A program made the translations under genes and the position numbers. This document shows positions 10,881-20,632 of a stretch of DNA of 64,000 nt, piece by piece. Below the pieces are notes generated by a model. That model was not told the DNA's origin. It did no database searches and saw nothing but the letters and a program-made list of their open reading frames with translations. The first letter of the stretch is position 1. Every line of letters begins with the position of its first letter. Location: assembly GCA_965198005.1 (NCBI GenBank), contig CBDAOI010000003.1, forward strand, positions 1,024,001-1,088,000, read 5' to 3'. This DNA is from Spirochaetia bacterium (GTDB lineage: Bacteria > Spirochaetota > Spirochaetia > SZUA-6 > Bin103).

Positions 10881-10944
10881 ACGCTACTATGGTATAGAAT
10901 ATCGGCGATGGCGCCCCACGGTGCAGCGGCAGTTGATCGCTACG

Positions 10945-11076
10945 TCAGACCCGGCCGACGCTGCCGCGCAGGCGGGGGTCGAGCAGGTCGCGCAGCGCGT
11001 CGCCGAACATGTTTACGCTGTACACGACAATCGTCAGGCAGAGACCGGGCCACAGAGCGAGCCGTGGAGCTATCTC
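10945..11076 (-). pseudogene. 3' fragment of OppC/DppC permease
   Basis: EIAPRLALWPGLCLTIVVYSVNMFGDALRDLLDPRLRGSVGRV-stop. Confidence 0.85.
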
Positions 11077-11090
11077 CTGCGGCCTGCTTG

Positions 11091-11128
11091 TTGAAATGAC
11101 CATGTGATGTCCATATGATAGTCATATG
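11091..11128 (+). promoter_or_regulatory. Sigma70 promoter with palindromic operator, probably leaderless
   Basis: TTGAAA-17-TATGAT, ATG 6 nt downstream; inverted repeat catatga-tag-tcatatg at 11112-11128. Confidence 0.7.
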
Positions 11129-11368
11129 CATTTCGTCACTATTGCCAAGCTCAAGGCAACACTGAGCGCCGAGTTGCGGCGAGTCCGCGCGGGGGAGCCG
11201 GTCACGGTTCTCGATCGTACTACGCCGGTAGCGCTCCTCGCGCCGGTTCCGGAAGCCGTCCGCGTGATTCGGGCAGCGAAAGCGCCCTATGCCTACCGGA
11301 CACTGACGCCGCTGATGGCGCGCGATCCGTTGCCGTATCTGGACGAGGAACGTAGCGAAGCTTGGTAG
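11126..11368 (+). CDS. Phd/YefM-family antitoxin
   Basis: VTIAKLKATLSAELRRVRAGEPVTVLDRTTPVALL. Confidence 0.88.
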   Translation: MHFVTIAKLKATLSAELRRVRAGEPVTVLDRTTPVALLAPVPEAVRVIRAAKAPYAYRTLTPLMARDPLPYLDEERSEAW

Positions 11369-11775
11369 CATACCTGGACTCCTCGGTTTTGCTGCGTCAT
11401 ATCCTGCTCGGTGAGGAACCGATCAGGCATGCACTGGCGTTCCCACGGGTGGTGTCGAGCGAGCTGATCGAGATCGAGTGCCGGCGGGTGCTGCATCGCT
11501 GCCGCCTCGCCGGCGAACTCGACGACGAGACCCTGGCGGTGGCGCGCGAACGTCTGGATGCCGTCCTGGCCGCGATCGATCTCCTGGAGATGTCGACGCA
11601 GATCAAACAGCGGGCGATGGACCCGTTTCCCGTACACGTGCGCACTCTCGATGCGCTGCACATCGCGACAGCGCTCGTGCTGGGCGAGGATGTCGGTGGG
11701 ATCGCGCTGTTCTCGCACGACATGGGTATGAATCGCTGCGCCAGATGCCTCGGGTTCACGGCAGCCTTGGCGTAA
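11362..11775 (+). CDS. PIN-domain (VapC-like) toxin
   Basis: AYLDSSVLL...SSELIEIE...RTLDALHIATA...SHD. Confidence 0.9.
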   Translation: MVAYLDSSVLLRHILLGEEPIRHALAFPRVVSSELIEIECRRVLHRCRLAGELDDETLAVARERLDAVLAAIDLLEMSTQIKQRAMDPFPVHVRTLDALHIATALVLGEDVGGIALFSHDMGMNRCARCLGFTAALA

Positions 11776-11910
11776 TGCCTCGTCTGCATGAGCGCCATGA
11801 TGTTGGGCAGCACGTGCCGTGTCGCGTCCGCCGGGGCCACCGATGATGGCCACCGACCGGGCCACGGCGACGGCGGCCGAGCCGCGCTATCGACGAAGGT
11901 GTCCGCGACG

Positions 11911-11982
11911 GACAGTCGCGGTCAGAGGCGGCCGACGCTGCCGCGCAGGCGGGGGTCGAGGGAGAGCCCCCCGAAGGTTGAC
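11911..11982. repeat. Fused repeat: 50-bp copy of 14019-14068 overlapping a 26-bp copy of 13873-13898
   Basis: gacagt(c/g)gcggtcagaggcggccgacgctgccgcgcaggcgggggtcgag joined through a shared cgag to cgagggagagccccccgaaggttgac. Confidence 0.9.
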
Positions 11983-11984
11983 GA

Positions 11985-12386
11985 CTACGGCGTTGGTGAC
12001 AGAATCACCGACCCGACGCGACCGATGTCGGCAAAGTGGCCGTCGGTGGTGAGAACGGTGGCGCCCTCGCGCGCCGCGAGGGCCGCAATCCAGATATCGT
12101 TCGTGGGAATCGGCGTTCCGTGACGGCGCAACTCGACTACGATGTCGGCGTAGTGCGACGCGGCTTCGTCATCCACGTTCAGGATGGCAGCCACCGATTC
12201 CTCAAGGAACTGTCGGAGCCGCTCTTCGTTTTCGCCACGGCGTGTGCCGAGGCGGAACCCCACCCTGAGTTCGCCCAGGACGATGGCCGGCACCAACACC
12301 GACCGGGCCCGGGTCACGGTTCGCACTGCCTCCGGCATTCCTCGCCTGAAGTGGCTGTACCCGGAGGTGTCCAGACAGATGCGCAT
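11985..12386 (-). CDS. vapC: VapC/FitB PIN toxin
   Basis: ICLDTSGYS, IVLGEL, GTPIPTNDIWIAALA, LTTDGHF. Confidence 0.92.
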   Translation of the reverse strand: MRICLDTSGYSHFRRGMPEAVRTVTRARSVLVPAIVLGELRVGFRLGTRRGENEERLRQFLEESVAAILNVDDEAASHYADIVVELRRHGTPIPTNDIWIAALAAREGATVLTTDGHFADIGRVGSVILSPTP

Positions 12387-12637
12387 CAGCGCCAGAGTTC
12401 CTCGTCGACCTGTTGGAACATCCCGGTGTTGGCCTCGAATTCCTGCAGGTCCGCCTCACTCCAGTCGCCTGCATGGCGGCCCAGCCCGTTGTCATACGAT
12501 GCATCAGGAGTGACTCGGAGCGCGCGGCGCAGCAGATCGATCACGGTCGCGTTCAGGGATCCGCCGCGGCGCGTCTTCTCCGCCATCAGGGCCTCCGAGA
12601 CTTCGGCCGGAACATTGCGAACGGTGAGGTGTGTCAT
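12386..12637 (-). CDS. FitA-like ribbon-helix-helix antitoxin
   Basis: MTHLTVRNVP...SLNATVIDLL; stop overlaps toxin start. Confidence 0.85.
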   Translation of the reverse strand: MTHLTVRNVPAEVSEALMAEKTRRGGSLNATVIDLLRRALRVTPDASYDNGLGRHAGDWSEADLQEFEANTGMFQQVDEELWR

Positions 12638-12887
12638 GCGTGTACCCTTTTCCTGCGTTCACTGACTACATTACTTGAATGCACCGGCATGCGTCAATCA
12701 AGGAAATGTAAGTCCCTCTGTCTCTCGGGAGGTGTTCAGCGTCGCGGAGGAGTCCGATAGCCGGATCGTGTGTTGCCTGGGGGGCGGCTGGGAGTCGAGA
12801 CTCCTTGCAGGCGACGCTGCTGCCGGCCCGTTTCGGTCGTTTCGGCCGGATCCCATCCCTGGCTGGTTCGTGGTATTCTGATGCAAC

Positions 12888-13409
12888 GTGTCGTCTCCCC
12901 GCCAGCAGCGTTGGGGTCAGGGGTACCCCGAACTGAAGCCACTTCTGGACCTGTACCTGGCCAGGGTGCGCGACCGACTCGGGGACCGCTTGTCGGCGGT
13001 AGCCCTCTATGGCTCCGTTGCCCGCGGACAGGCGCAGGCGGCGAGCGACGTGGATCTGTTCGTGGTCCATCGCGGCCCGCGTGCTGCCGTGTTCGAGGTA
13101 TTCCTGCACGTCGCGCTGCAGTTGCGGGAACATCCGCTGGTAGGTGAGTTGCAGGCGCGCAAGGTCCCGACCGAGCCGTACGCGGTGTTCCGTACCGAGA
13201 CGGAGCTGGCCGATACCCCCTGGCTCCTGCTGGACATCTGCGACCACGGCATCATTCTGTTCGATCCGCGCCACGTGTTGGCGCGCAAGCTGGCGAGCCT
13301 AAAGCTGCGGCTGCGCGAACTTGGCTCGCGCCGCGTAGAGCTGGCCGACGGTTCGTGGTATTGGGATCTGAAGCCCGATATGCGCCCCGGCGAGGTCATT
13401 GCTCTGTAG
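12888..13409 (+). CDS. Minimal nucleotidyltransferase (MNT)
   Basis: LYGSVARGQAQAASDVDLFVV (GS-x10-DxD), WYWDLKPD. Confidence 0.9.
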   Translation: MSSPRQQRWGQGYPELKPLLDLYLARVRDRLGDRLSAVALYGSVARGQAQAASDVDLFVVHRGPRAAVFEVFLHVALQLREHPLVGELQARKVPTEPYAVFRTETELADTPWLLLDICDHGIILFDPRHVLARKLASLKLRLRELGSRRVELADGSWYWDLKPDMRPGEVIAL

Positions 13410-13426
13410 CGACGCAGCGGTTGCCA

Positions 13427-13897
13427 ATGGACAACGGGGAGCGCGGCCGCAGGCTGATGGCGATGGCCGCCGAGTATCTACAGGATATGGACACAGCCAC
13501 CGGCCGCAAGTCGTGGAACGCGGTGGTTCGCCGGGCGCAGGAAGTGGTCGAACTGGCATTGAAGGGCGTGCTCAGCTACCTGGGGGTGGACTTTCCGAAA
13601 GTGCACGACCCGGCCGCGGTGTTCATCGCTACCTTGTCCGCGCGGGGCATGGCGTTGAGCGCGACGGAGGCGGAGGACGTCACCAACGTCTCGGCTACAC
13701 TGGCGCGCAAGCGGGCGCCAGCGTTCTATTTCGAGCAGGTCGAAGATGAGTCGACGGCCGAGGAGGAGGCGGCCAATGCGCATCGCATCCACCGGATCTG
13801 CATGCGGCTTGTCGCCGCCATCGAGTCGGAACTCCCGGAACCGAATGAGCGCCCCCCCGAGCGAACGGCAGCCGAGGGAGAGCCCCCCGAAGGTTGA
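13427..13897 (+). CDS. HEPN domain protein (MNT-HEPN pair)
   Basis: VRRAQEVVELALKG...PKVHD...RAPAFY, directly downstream of MNT. Confidence 0.88.
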   Translation: MDNGERGRRLMAMAAEYLQDMDTATGRKSWNAVVRRAQEVVELALKGVLSYLGVDFPKVHDPAAVFIATLSARGMALSATEAEDVTNVSATLARKRAPAFYFEQVEDESTAEEEAANAHRIHRICMRLVAAIESELPEPNERPPERTAAEGEPPEG

Positions 13898-13898
13898 C
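13873..13898. repeat. 26-bp direct repeat (second copy)
   Basis: Identical to 11957-11982. Confidence 0.95.
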
Positions 13899-14029
13899 AA
13901 AGATCAACGAGATCGTGCACGGCCGCCTGCTGCGCAGGTATGCGGGCGGTCGCATGGGCCAACCCGATGAGGTCGCCGCCGCGGCGCTGGGCTGACGGAG
14001 CGACCGGCCATGGCCGCCGACAGTGGCGG

Positions 14030-14597
14030 TCAGAGGCGGCCGACGCTGCCGCGCAGGCGGGGGTCGAGCAGGTCGCGCAGCGCGTCGCCGAACATGTTGA
14101 TGCTGTAGACCACGATGGTCAGGCACAGGCCCGGCCAGATCGCCAGCCGCGGCGCCATCTCCATGTACTGGCGCCCTTCCCGGCTGCAGCAGCCCCTGCC
14201 CAGCTATCGACATGATGGTCAGCAACAGCAGCAGGCCCGGGAACGACATCCAGGCATCGACGAATCTCTGCACCAGCAGATCCAGTTTGCCGCCGATGAA
14301 CCCCGCGGTGCCGCCGATCAGCACCGCAACCACCACGTGCAGGGTGGTCGCCGCCAGGCCGACGAACAGCGAGATGCGGGCCCCGTAGATGAGGCGGCTC
14401 AGGAAGTCGCGTCCGAGCTGGTCGGTGCCCAGGGGATACACACTCGATGGGCCGGTCAGCCGATCTGCCAGCTGCATTTGATTCGGATCATGCCCCGCCA
14501 GGGACTCGGCGAAGATGCTGACCAGGACCAACAACAGCAGGACAACGCCTCCGAACGCCCCCAGGGGCTGCTCCTTTATCAGTCTCTTGAGCAGCAT
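14030..14597 (-). pseudogene. OppC/DppC permease with internal deletion of about 90 codons
   Basis: GQGLLQ joined out of frame to SREGRQYM at a CAG overlap (14184-14186), by comparison with the intact paralog at 5166. Confidence 0.88.
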
Positions 14598-15550
14598 TAG
14601 GCGTAACGGACCCGGGGATCCAGATAGGCGTAGATGAGGTCGACCATGAGATTGATTCCCATGACCGCGGCCGCGAACGTCAGGTTTATGCCGGAGACCA
14701 CCGGGTAGTCTCGGTCACGGAGGGCATCGAGCATGAGACGACCCAGCCCCGGCAGGCCGAAGATGTTCTCCATGATCACCGAGCCGCCGATCAGGATCGG
14801 CATCTGCAGACCGATCAGGGTGACCACCGGGATCAGGGCGTTCTTGATGGCGTGTCTGACGATGACGACCCGCTCCTGCAGACCCTTGGACCAGGCGGTC
14901 CTGATGTAGTCCTGCCTGAGCACCTCCAGCATCATGGTGCGCGTCATCCTCATGGTGGCTGCAGCAAGATAGGTCCCCAGAATCAGACTGGGAATGATGA
15001 ACACGGCCATGCTGCCCAGCGGGTCTGCGCGGAACGGAACGAGCGTCAACGGTGGCGACCAGGCCCACCAGATGGCAGGAAAAGTCACTATCAAGGTTGC
15101 CAGCCAGAAGTTGGGCGTTGCCAGGCCGATGATGGCGACCGACCGCCCGACGTAGTCGGCGGCCGTATTGCGGCGCATCGCCGAGTAGATGCCGACCGGC
15201 AGCCCGATCAGCAGACCGATCAGGATCGCCATCACTCCCAGCTGGACGGTTGCCGGCAATCTGCCGAGTATCTTTTCCTCCACGCTCCAGCCTCCCAGCA
15301 GGGTTTCGCCCATGGTGCCTTCAAACAACATGCCGCCTACCCAGCGTCCATACTGCACATGAACCGGCTGGTCCAGGCCCAGCATCTTCTCAACGGCTTC
15401 CCGGTCAATCTGGACTAAGTTATTCATGCGGCCTTCCATGACATCGATCACATCGCCCGGAATGAAGCGCACCGACAGGAATACCAGTATCGACAGCAGC
15501 AAGAAGGTGGGTATCAGGAGCAGAATGCGGCGGATGATATACGCTCTCAT
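14597..15550 (-). CDS. ABC permease OppB/DppB
   Basis: MRAYIIRRILL...DYIRTAWSKGL...YLDPRVRY. Confidence 0.93.
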   Translation of the reverse strand: MRAYIIRRILLLIPTFLLLSILVFLSVRFIPGDVIDVMEGRMNNLVQIDREAVEKMLGLDQPVHVQYGRWVGGMLFEGTMGETLLGGWSVEEKILGRLPATVQLGVMAILIGLLIGLPVGIYSAMRRNTAADYVGRSVAIIGLATPNFWLATLIVTFPAIWWAWSPPLTLVPFRADPLGSMAVFIIPSLILGTYLAAATMRMTRTMMLEVLRQDYIRTAWSKGLQERVVIVRHAIKNALIPVVTLIGLQMPILIGGSVIMENIFGLPGLGRLMLDALRDRDYPVVSGINLTFAAAVMGINLMVDLIYAYLDPRVRYA

Positions 15551-15597
15551 GGAGTCGCGCAGCGACTCCCGTTTCAATCGCCCGCAGGGGCGATTGA
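15551..15597. other. Two adjacent intercistronic hairpins between SBP and permease
   Basis: ggagtcgc-gca-gcgactcc and tcaatcgccc-gcag-gggcgattga. Confidence 0.6.
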
Positions 15598-15598
15598 T

Positions 15599-16593
15599 TC
15601 AGAATCCCATCTCCCGCTTCAGATCCTTGCAGGTATGGGGTCCCGAACCCCCACAGTTCAATGCAAACCAGTGCCGAGAGTCCCCAGCATATCGATCTTA
15701 CCCGAGCGCAGGGCCGCGAGCCGCGCCGCCGGATCTAGCATGACCAGGGAGTTGATCTCATCGACGTAGGGCAAGCGGTTCTGCGGGAACTTCTCGTCGA
15801 AGCCCCAGTAGTCGGGATTCTTGGTCCAGGTCAGAGAGCTGCCTTCGACCACGTCCGTCAGCTCCATGGGCCCAGTGCCAACCAGATTCCTCCAATCCTT
15901 CATGTCGCCGTGTTGCTTGATGACCTCCGGAGGGTAGATATAAGAAATCCAGCCGTCGATGATTCTAGCCAGGCCAGTAAGGTCTCTCTCCTTCAGCTTG
16001 AAAACAACCGTCCCTTGGTCGGTGGCTGTCACGGATTCCGTCTCGGGCAGGGCATAACCGGCGTGCGGCGAGGCTTCGCTGAAGCCGCTGCCGATCCCCA
16101 AGAGGCGATGATAGTTGAACTCAATATCCTCGGCAGTTAATTCTCTCCCATTCATTGGTGCCTTGTCGTGCCAGTGAACGCCCTGGCGGATATGGAAGAT
16201 GATCGTTGTGGGGTCGGGCGTTTCCCAGCTTTCAGCCAGGTGGCCTTTAAAGACAGATAGAGGTTGGGCAGAGGTCCTCCAGTCAAATACGTCCCTATCT
16301 ACTCCCCAGTCCCCGATGCCTAGCTTCTCATTAACCAAGAAAGTCATGTGAGAGCCCGAAAAGCCTCCATCGTACCAGGCATCAGCACTCTTTGGCTCGA
16401 ACGTAGTGCCAAAGGTCAAAGTCCCGCCGTACTCCGGCGCGGTTACCATCTTGCCGGTGGCTGGGTCGAGCACCATCTCCTTCTCCACCGCCGCGGCCGG
16501 CTCCTCCTCTGCAGCAGCCGCCCAGAGGCCGGTTGCGGCCAAGCTGAGCACGAGCACAAACACCAAGGTGTGTGCACCTCTTGAAAGATTCAT
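15599..16593 (-). pseudogene. Family-5 SBP with most of the C-terminal half deleted
   Basis: N-half homologous to the SBP at 7240 up to LRSGKIDM; terminal DLKREMGF-stop retained at 15599-15627. Confidence 0.85.
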
Positions 16594-17003
16594 ATTGATC
16601 TCTCCTCTATTGTCCGATTATGAGAGTTCTGCCGTGGCGAGTTGCCGCTCCCTGCCACTCTCGCGCCCGCAACGCGGGCGGCCAGACAGCGACGGCAATC
16701 TCCAATCGTCAGGCGCGTCGTTAAGCGCGCGGCGTGCGCCTCATGCACTCAGGGGCTCAGGCCGCGCGCCTGGTGTGGTTCTTGGCGTACCAGCTTGCAC
16801 CTCCTTCTTGCGCAGATTTTTCGATTTCGATGCGATGCATACGGCCACGCGCCAGGCGCAGGGTGTCGCCTGGACCGCCTGGCCCGGTAGTTGACGGAGT
16901 GAGGCCGAAGGCGCGGGCGTGCGCCGGAGCACACGCAGGTGCGGCCTGCGCCGCCCGGTCGGCCGGAGCGGTTAGCTAGCTAGTTCTCGGGTGAGTGAAA
17001 GTT

Positions 17004-17017
17004 GGGGGGGGGGGGGG
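17004..17017. repeat. G14 homopolymer tract
   Basis: 14 consecutive G. Confidence 0.9.
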
Positions 17018-17116
17018 TAGAACGGTAGACGCACCGGCCGCTTTGCGGCTAACCGGTGGCTGCGCGGAGGTGTGTGGCCATGCAGCATTCGCATCGGTCG
17101 CGATTCCAAGGCCCTC

Positions 17117-17145
17117 ATCATAGGCGACGTCGCAACAGCCGTCAA
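17117..17145 (-). promoter_or_regulatory. Sigma70-type promoter
   Basis: Minus strand TTGACG-17-TATGAT facing the SBP operon at 16593. Confidence 0.65.
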
Positions 17146-17175
17146 GCGTGCGTGTCGTCTTTTCGTAGCCGTCGG

Positions 17176-18459
17176 TCACGACGCTGCCAGAACCAATACC
17201 CAGTCCTGCAGAATCGGGGTGTCGGGAACGAGCCATTCGCCGTCGGCGGTCGGAGTTACGTCACCGAGCGGGAATTCTCTCCCGGCTATCGGGTCCAGGT
17301 AGCAGGCGCGGTACCTGACCTGCGGTTCGAGCCGGCGGACGAGGGGCCCCCTGACGCCTTTCAGCCAGGTTCTCATCACCTTGGTGGAGCGCGGGAAGTA
17401 GAACACGCGCAGCTCGCCGGGAATGCCGGCGGCATACGGTCTGAACCACAGTTCGTCGGTCGCCGCCGGGAAGATCCATTCCGGGTGCGGCTCGAACCGC
17501 CACCACGGGTAACGCTCCAGTAGCTGCTTGCCGAGCCCCACCTGCTTCGAGCCGGGGAAGCCGGCCGCTTTCTGCCAGGAGGTGTCGCCCCAGGTAGAGC
17601 CGGGCGGAGAGGCGCCGAACGGCGCATCTGGGCGGTTGAACTGCCACATGCCGTCGTCTTCCTCATGGTCCTGCTGGATCATGAAGAAGTCGAAGATCGG
17701 CTCCAGTTCTCCGGCCACCGGGAAGATCCAGGCGCCGTTGTCGGGGATGGCGCCGGGATGGACCGTCAGCAGCCGCTGATAGGGATCGATCTGCTTGACG
17801 TAGCGCGCGGTGTCGTTCAGCGTTGTTTTCTGCTCCTGGCGGGCCTGCTCCTTGTCGTCCGCCAGATACCACGGCATGTTGCCTTCGCCGCAGAGCGTCC
17901 AGACGACGGGGTAGCCGCCGTAGCGGGCGATCAGGTAGCGCCAGAACCCGGCGGCGAAGTGGATCACGTTGAACCCCTTGGCCTTGCGGTCCTGCGCCAA
18001 CCACTTGAACTCGTCCGGCCAGCGCAACCGGCTGCTCATGGCGTGCCACCAATCGTCCGCCAGCCAGAGCAACGGGGTGCCGTCGGCGTGCTGCAGGTAG
18101 CGTCCGTTGGGGGCAACCTCAAGCGCGCCGCGGCGGAGCAGCAGGTTGTCACCGTCGTAGGGGACGATTGCCTGGGCGTCGATCATCCCGCCGCCGGCCG
18201 CGAGCGCCGCATCGCTCCCCCTGGTCACCTCGAGCCTGAACCGGTGCCGTCCCGGCACCCTCGGCGCAAACCTGAGCTTCCACTGCGTCCCGCCGGCCCA
18301 GAAGCAGGGAACCCGGCGGCGGCCGCCACCGGGCTCGTCCACCATGGCGTCCACTTCAAGCTCATTGAAGGGGTCCCGGTGGGCTCCGGTGGCGGCGAAC
18401 GCAATCTCCGTGACTACGTTGGTTACCGCCTCGTACGTATCAGGGCCGTCAGTAGCCAA
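17176..18459 (-). CDS. DUF5060/DUF4038 apiosidase-like glycoside hydrolase, probably with in-frame deletions
   Basis: DPFNE...FWAGGTQWKLRFAP, RYLQHADGTP, KGFNVI|FWRYLIARYG, WTLCGE, LTVHP, DWVLVL. Confidence 0.7.
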   Translation of the reverse strand: MATDGPDTYEAVTNVVTEIAFAATGAHRDPFNELEVDAMVDEPGGGRRRVPCFWAGGTQWKLRFAPRVPGRHRFRLEVTRGSDAALAAGGGMIDAQAIVPYDGDNLLLRRGALEVAPNGRYLQHADGTPLLWLADDWWHAMSSRLRWPDEFKWLAQDRKAKGFNVIHFAAGFWRYLIARYGGYPVVWTLCGEGNMPWYLADDKEQARQEQKTTLNDTARYVKQIDPYQRLLTVHPGAIPDNGAWIFPVAGELEPIFDFFMIQQDHEEDDGMWQFNRPDAPFGASPPGSTWGDTSWQKAAGFPGSKQVGLGKQLLERYPWWRFEPHPEWIFPAATDELWFRPYAAGIPGELRVFYFPRSTKVMRTWLKGVRGPLVRRLEPQVRYRACYLDPIAGREFPLGDVTPTADGEWLVPDTPILQDWVLVLAAS

Positions 18460-20218
18460 GCTTCTGCTTCAGCTCCTGGTCGATCCACAGCCGGGCGATC
18501 ATGGGCGTGTAGTTGGCGCGCGCGCCATTGATCTCGCCGTAGTAGTTCCGTACCCACGGCCAGTACGCGTTTATGAGATAGGGAATCGGGAAGGGGATGT
18601 ACGGCAGCGCCTCATGCTTGTAGATGCCCAACTCTTGAATGATCGCGGTGCGCTCGGCCGCGTCCCGCGAGGCCACCGCTTTGTGGTACTGGTCTTCGTA
18701 CCAACTCCCGTCCACGCTCTCACCGTAGTCCCACTCGGCATAGTTCTTGACCCAGCTGAACTCGATCAGACTCGGGTCGCCGACGCCGCCGCCGCCGCCG
18801 TGATAGATGTAGTACAGCGAGTCGTCATACTCGTGTCCGTGCAGCCGGGCCAGCAGGCCGACCAGCTCGACCGGTATGATCTCGACTTCGACGCCGATGT
18901 CGGCCCACATCGCCTTCACCATCGCCAGCGTATCCTGATGCTCGACGTTGCCCGCTTCCGAGTAGAGCTTCATCGCAAAGCCGTCGGAGTAGCCGGCCTC
19001 GGCCAGCATCTGCTGCGCCTTTTCGGGGTCGTACGTATACAGCTCCTGGATCGTCGGCGAGAGCTGTTCCAGGGGCGTGAACGGGGGTGTGCCGGGCTTG
19101 TACGGGTAGGCGAATACCTCGGCCGCGCCGTAGATCGACGAGGCGATCGATTCCAGGTCGAGCCCGATCATCAGCGCGCGCCGTACGTTCAGGTCGCCGA
19201 ACGGTTCCTGGGTCATCTTCATGCCCAGCGCCCCGCCCAGCGTGGTCAGATACCGCTGCTGGATCAGCTCGGGCGAGGTCTTGGTCAGCGTTGCGGAGTA
19301 CCTGAGCGGAATGTACTGGTGCCAGTCGAGCTTGCCGGTGCGCAGCAGAGCCAGTTGGGTCGACTCGTCGGGAATGACCGGAAAGATCAGCTCGTCGATG
19401 AACGGCATCTGGTACTCCTGGCCGTCGACGGTCGTGGTTCCCCAGTAGTCGGGGTTGCGCGCGTAGGTGGCCTGGGAGCCGGCGGCGTAGTCGGTGAGGA
19501 TGAACGGCCCGGTGCCGGATTGGTTCTGCCAGATGGTATGATCGGTATCCAGCAGTTCCGGCGCGTACATCTGCGCCAGGAAGCCGTAGCCGAAGTCCTG
19601 CGCCCAGCCGGGCGTGAAGGCGTTCATCTCAACCACCAGGGTGTGGGTGTCGGCGGCGACGAAGGCGTCGATGTAGTCGTAGGTGGGGCTGCCCCAGCCG
19701 TCCTCGCGGGCGATGCCGACGTTGCGGGTCAGGCTGCGGGCGGCGTCGGCCGCGGTAAACTCGCGCGGCTCGAAGCCGATGTTGGCGTTGCCGGTCCACA
19801 TCACTCCCCGGCGGATGGCGAAGCTCAGGGTCAGGGGCTCGGCCCAGGTCCAGCTTTCGGCGAGCTGGCCGGTCAGGTACTCCTCGGGCGTGTGCCACAT
19901 CGAGCCGGTAAATTCGTACTCGCCGGTGCCGCGCGGGCCGTAGGTTTCGATGTCGCCGATGAACAGTCTCTCCATGTAGGGAGCGCCCCACACGCGCGTG
20001 ACGTAGCCGACACGCATGCCGTCCCAGTTCCCCGGCGGTCCCTCGCCGCCCCAGTCGAACTTCATGGTGAGGGTTCCCCCATACCGGGGTCCGGCCGGTC
20101 CCGCCATCTCGTCGGCGGCTGCGGCGCTGCCGCTCTCGTCGCCGCCGGCGGCAAACGCGGGAGTTGCTGCCAACACGCACGCCTGGATCACCATCCGGAT
20201 CAAAGACCTGGTCTGCAT
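18449..20218 (-). CDS. ABC substrate-binding protein, family 5
   Basis: PRYGG, LAESW, GTGPF, DLNVRRAL, YDPEKA, WIDQELK. Confidence 0.92.
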   Translation of the reverse strand: MQTRSLIRMVIQACVLAATPAFAAGGDESGSAAAADEMAGPAGPRYGGTLTMKFDWGGEGPPGNWDGMRVGYVTRVWGAPYMERLFIGDIETYGPRGTGEYEFTGSMWHTPEEYLTGQLAESWTWAEPLTLSFAIRRGVMWTGNANIGFEPREFTAADAARSLTRNVGIAREDGWGSPTYDYIDAFVAADTHTLVVEMNAFTPGWAQDFGYGFLAQMYAPELLDTDHTIWQNQSGTGPFILTDYAAGSQATYARNPDYWGTTTVDGQEYQMPFIDELIFPVIPDESTQLALLRTGKLDWHQYIPLRYSATLTKTSPELIQQRYLTTLGGALGMKMTQEPFGDLNVRRALMIGLDLESIASSIYGAAEVFAYPYKPGTPPFTPLEQLSPTIQELYTYDPEKAQQMLAEAGYSDGFAMKLYSEAGNVEHQDTLAMVKAMWADIGVEVEIIPVELVGLLARLHGHEYDDSLYYIYHGGGGGVGDPSLIEFSWVKNYAEWDYGESVDGSWYEDQYHKAVASRDAAERTAIIQELGIYKHEALPYIPFPIPYLINAYWPWVRNYYGEINGARANYTPMIARLWIDQELKQKLGY

Positions 20219-20632
20219 CCAATACGTGGCACCGTGCGGTGCCGGTGTGTTGCTTCAGCCCGTCCGGGCTTCAGTGCGGCAGAAGATGCGGCGTGCGCCG
20301 GCGAACTACGCGTTGGCGGACAAAGGGCTGCCCGACGCTGCTGCGGGTGCTGCGGCTCGGTCAGGCGTCGGAGGCGCCGGGATGCGTAGCAGGCGCGGTC
20401 GCTGCCGCCGTGCTCTCCTGCGGCCGTTCAAGCACCATATCCGAATACCGGCCGGCGGTCAAGCTGATCAACCGAGCAATCGCTACCGTGGGCAACCCTG
20501 GGCGGCTTTCCCTACCGGATGACGTAGTGCGGCGACGGGCCGACTAAACCGAGGGGGCTACCCAGCCATGGCGACGACGTAGTAGGCGTAGCCCCGTTTG
20601 GCGCGCCGTGCTCGTAGCGGCAGCAGCGCGGG

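Noticed and set aside
17020-17060. Hairpin with GCAAA as a c-di-GMP riboswitch
   Set aside because: The two-stem architecture and other conserved motifs are not found
20480-20620. Possible HicA-like remnant on the minus strand
   Set aside because: Weak resemblance with stop codons; not supportable
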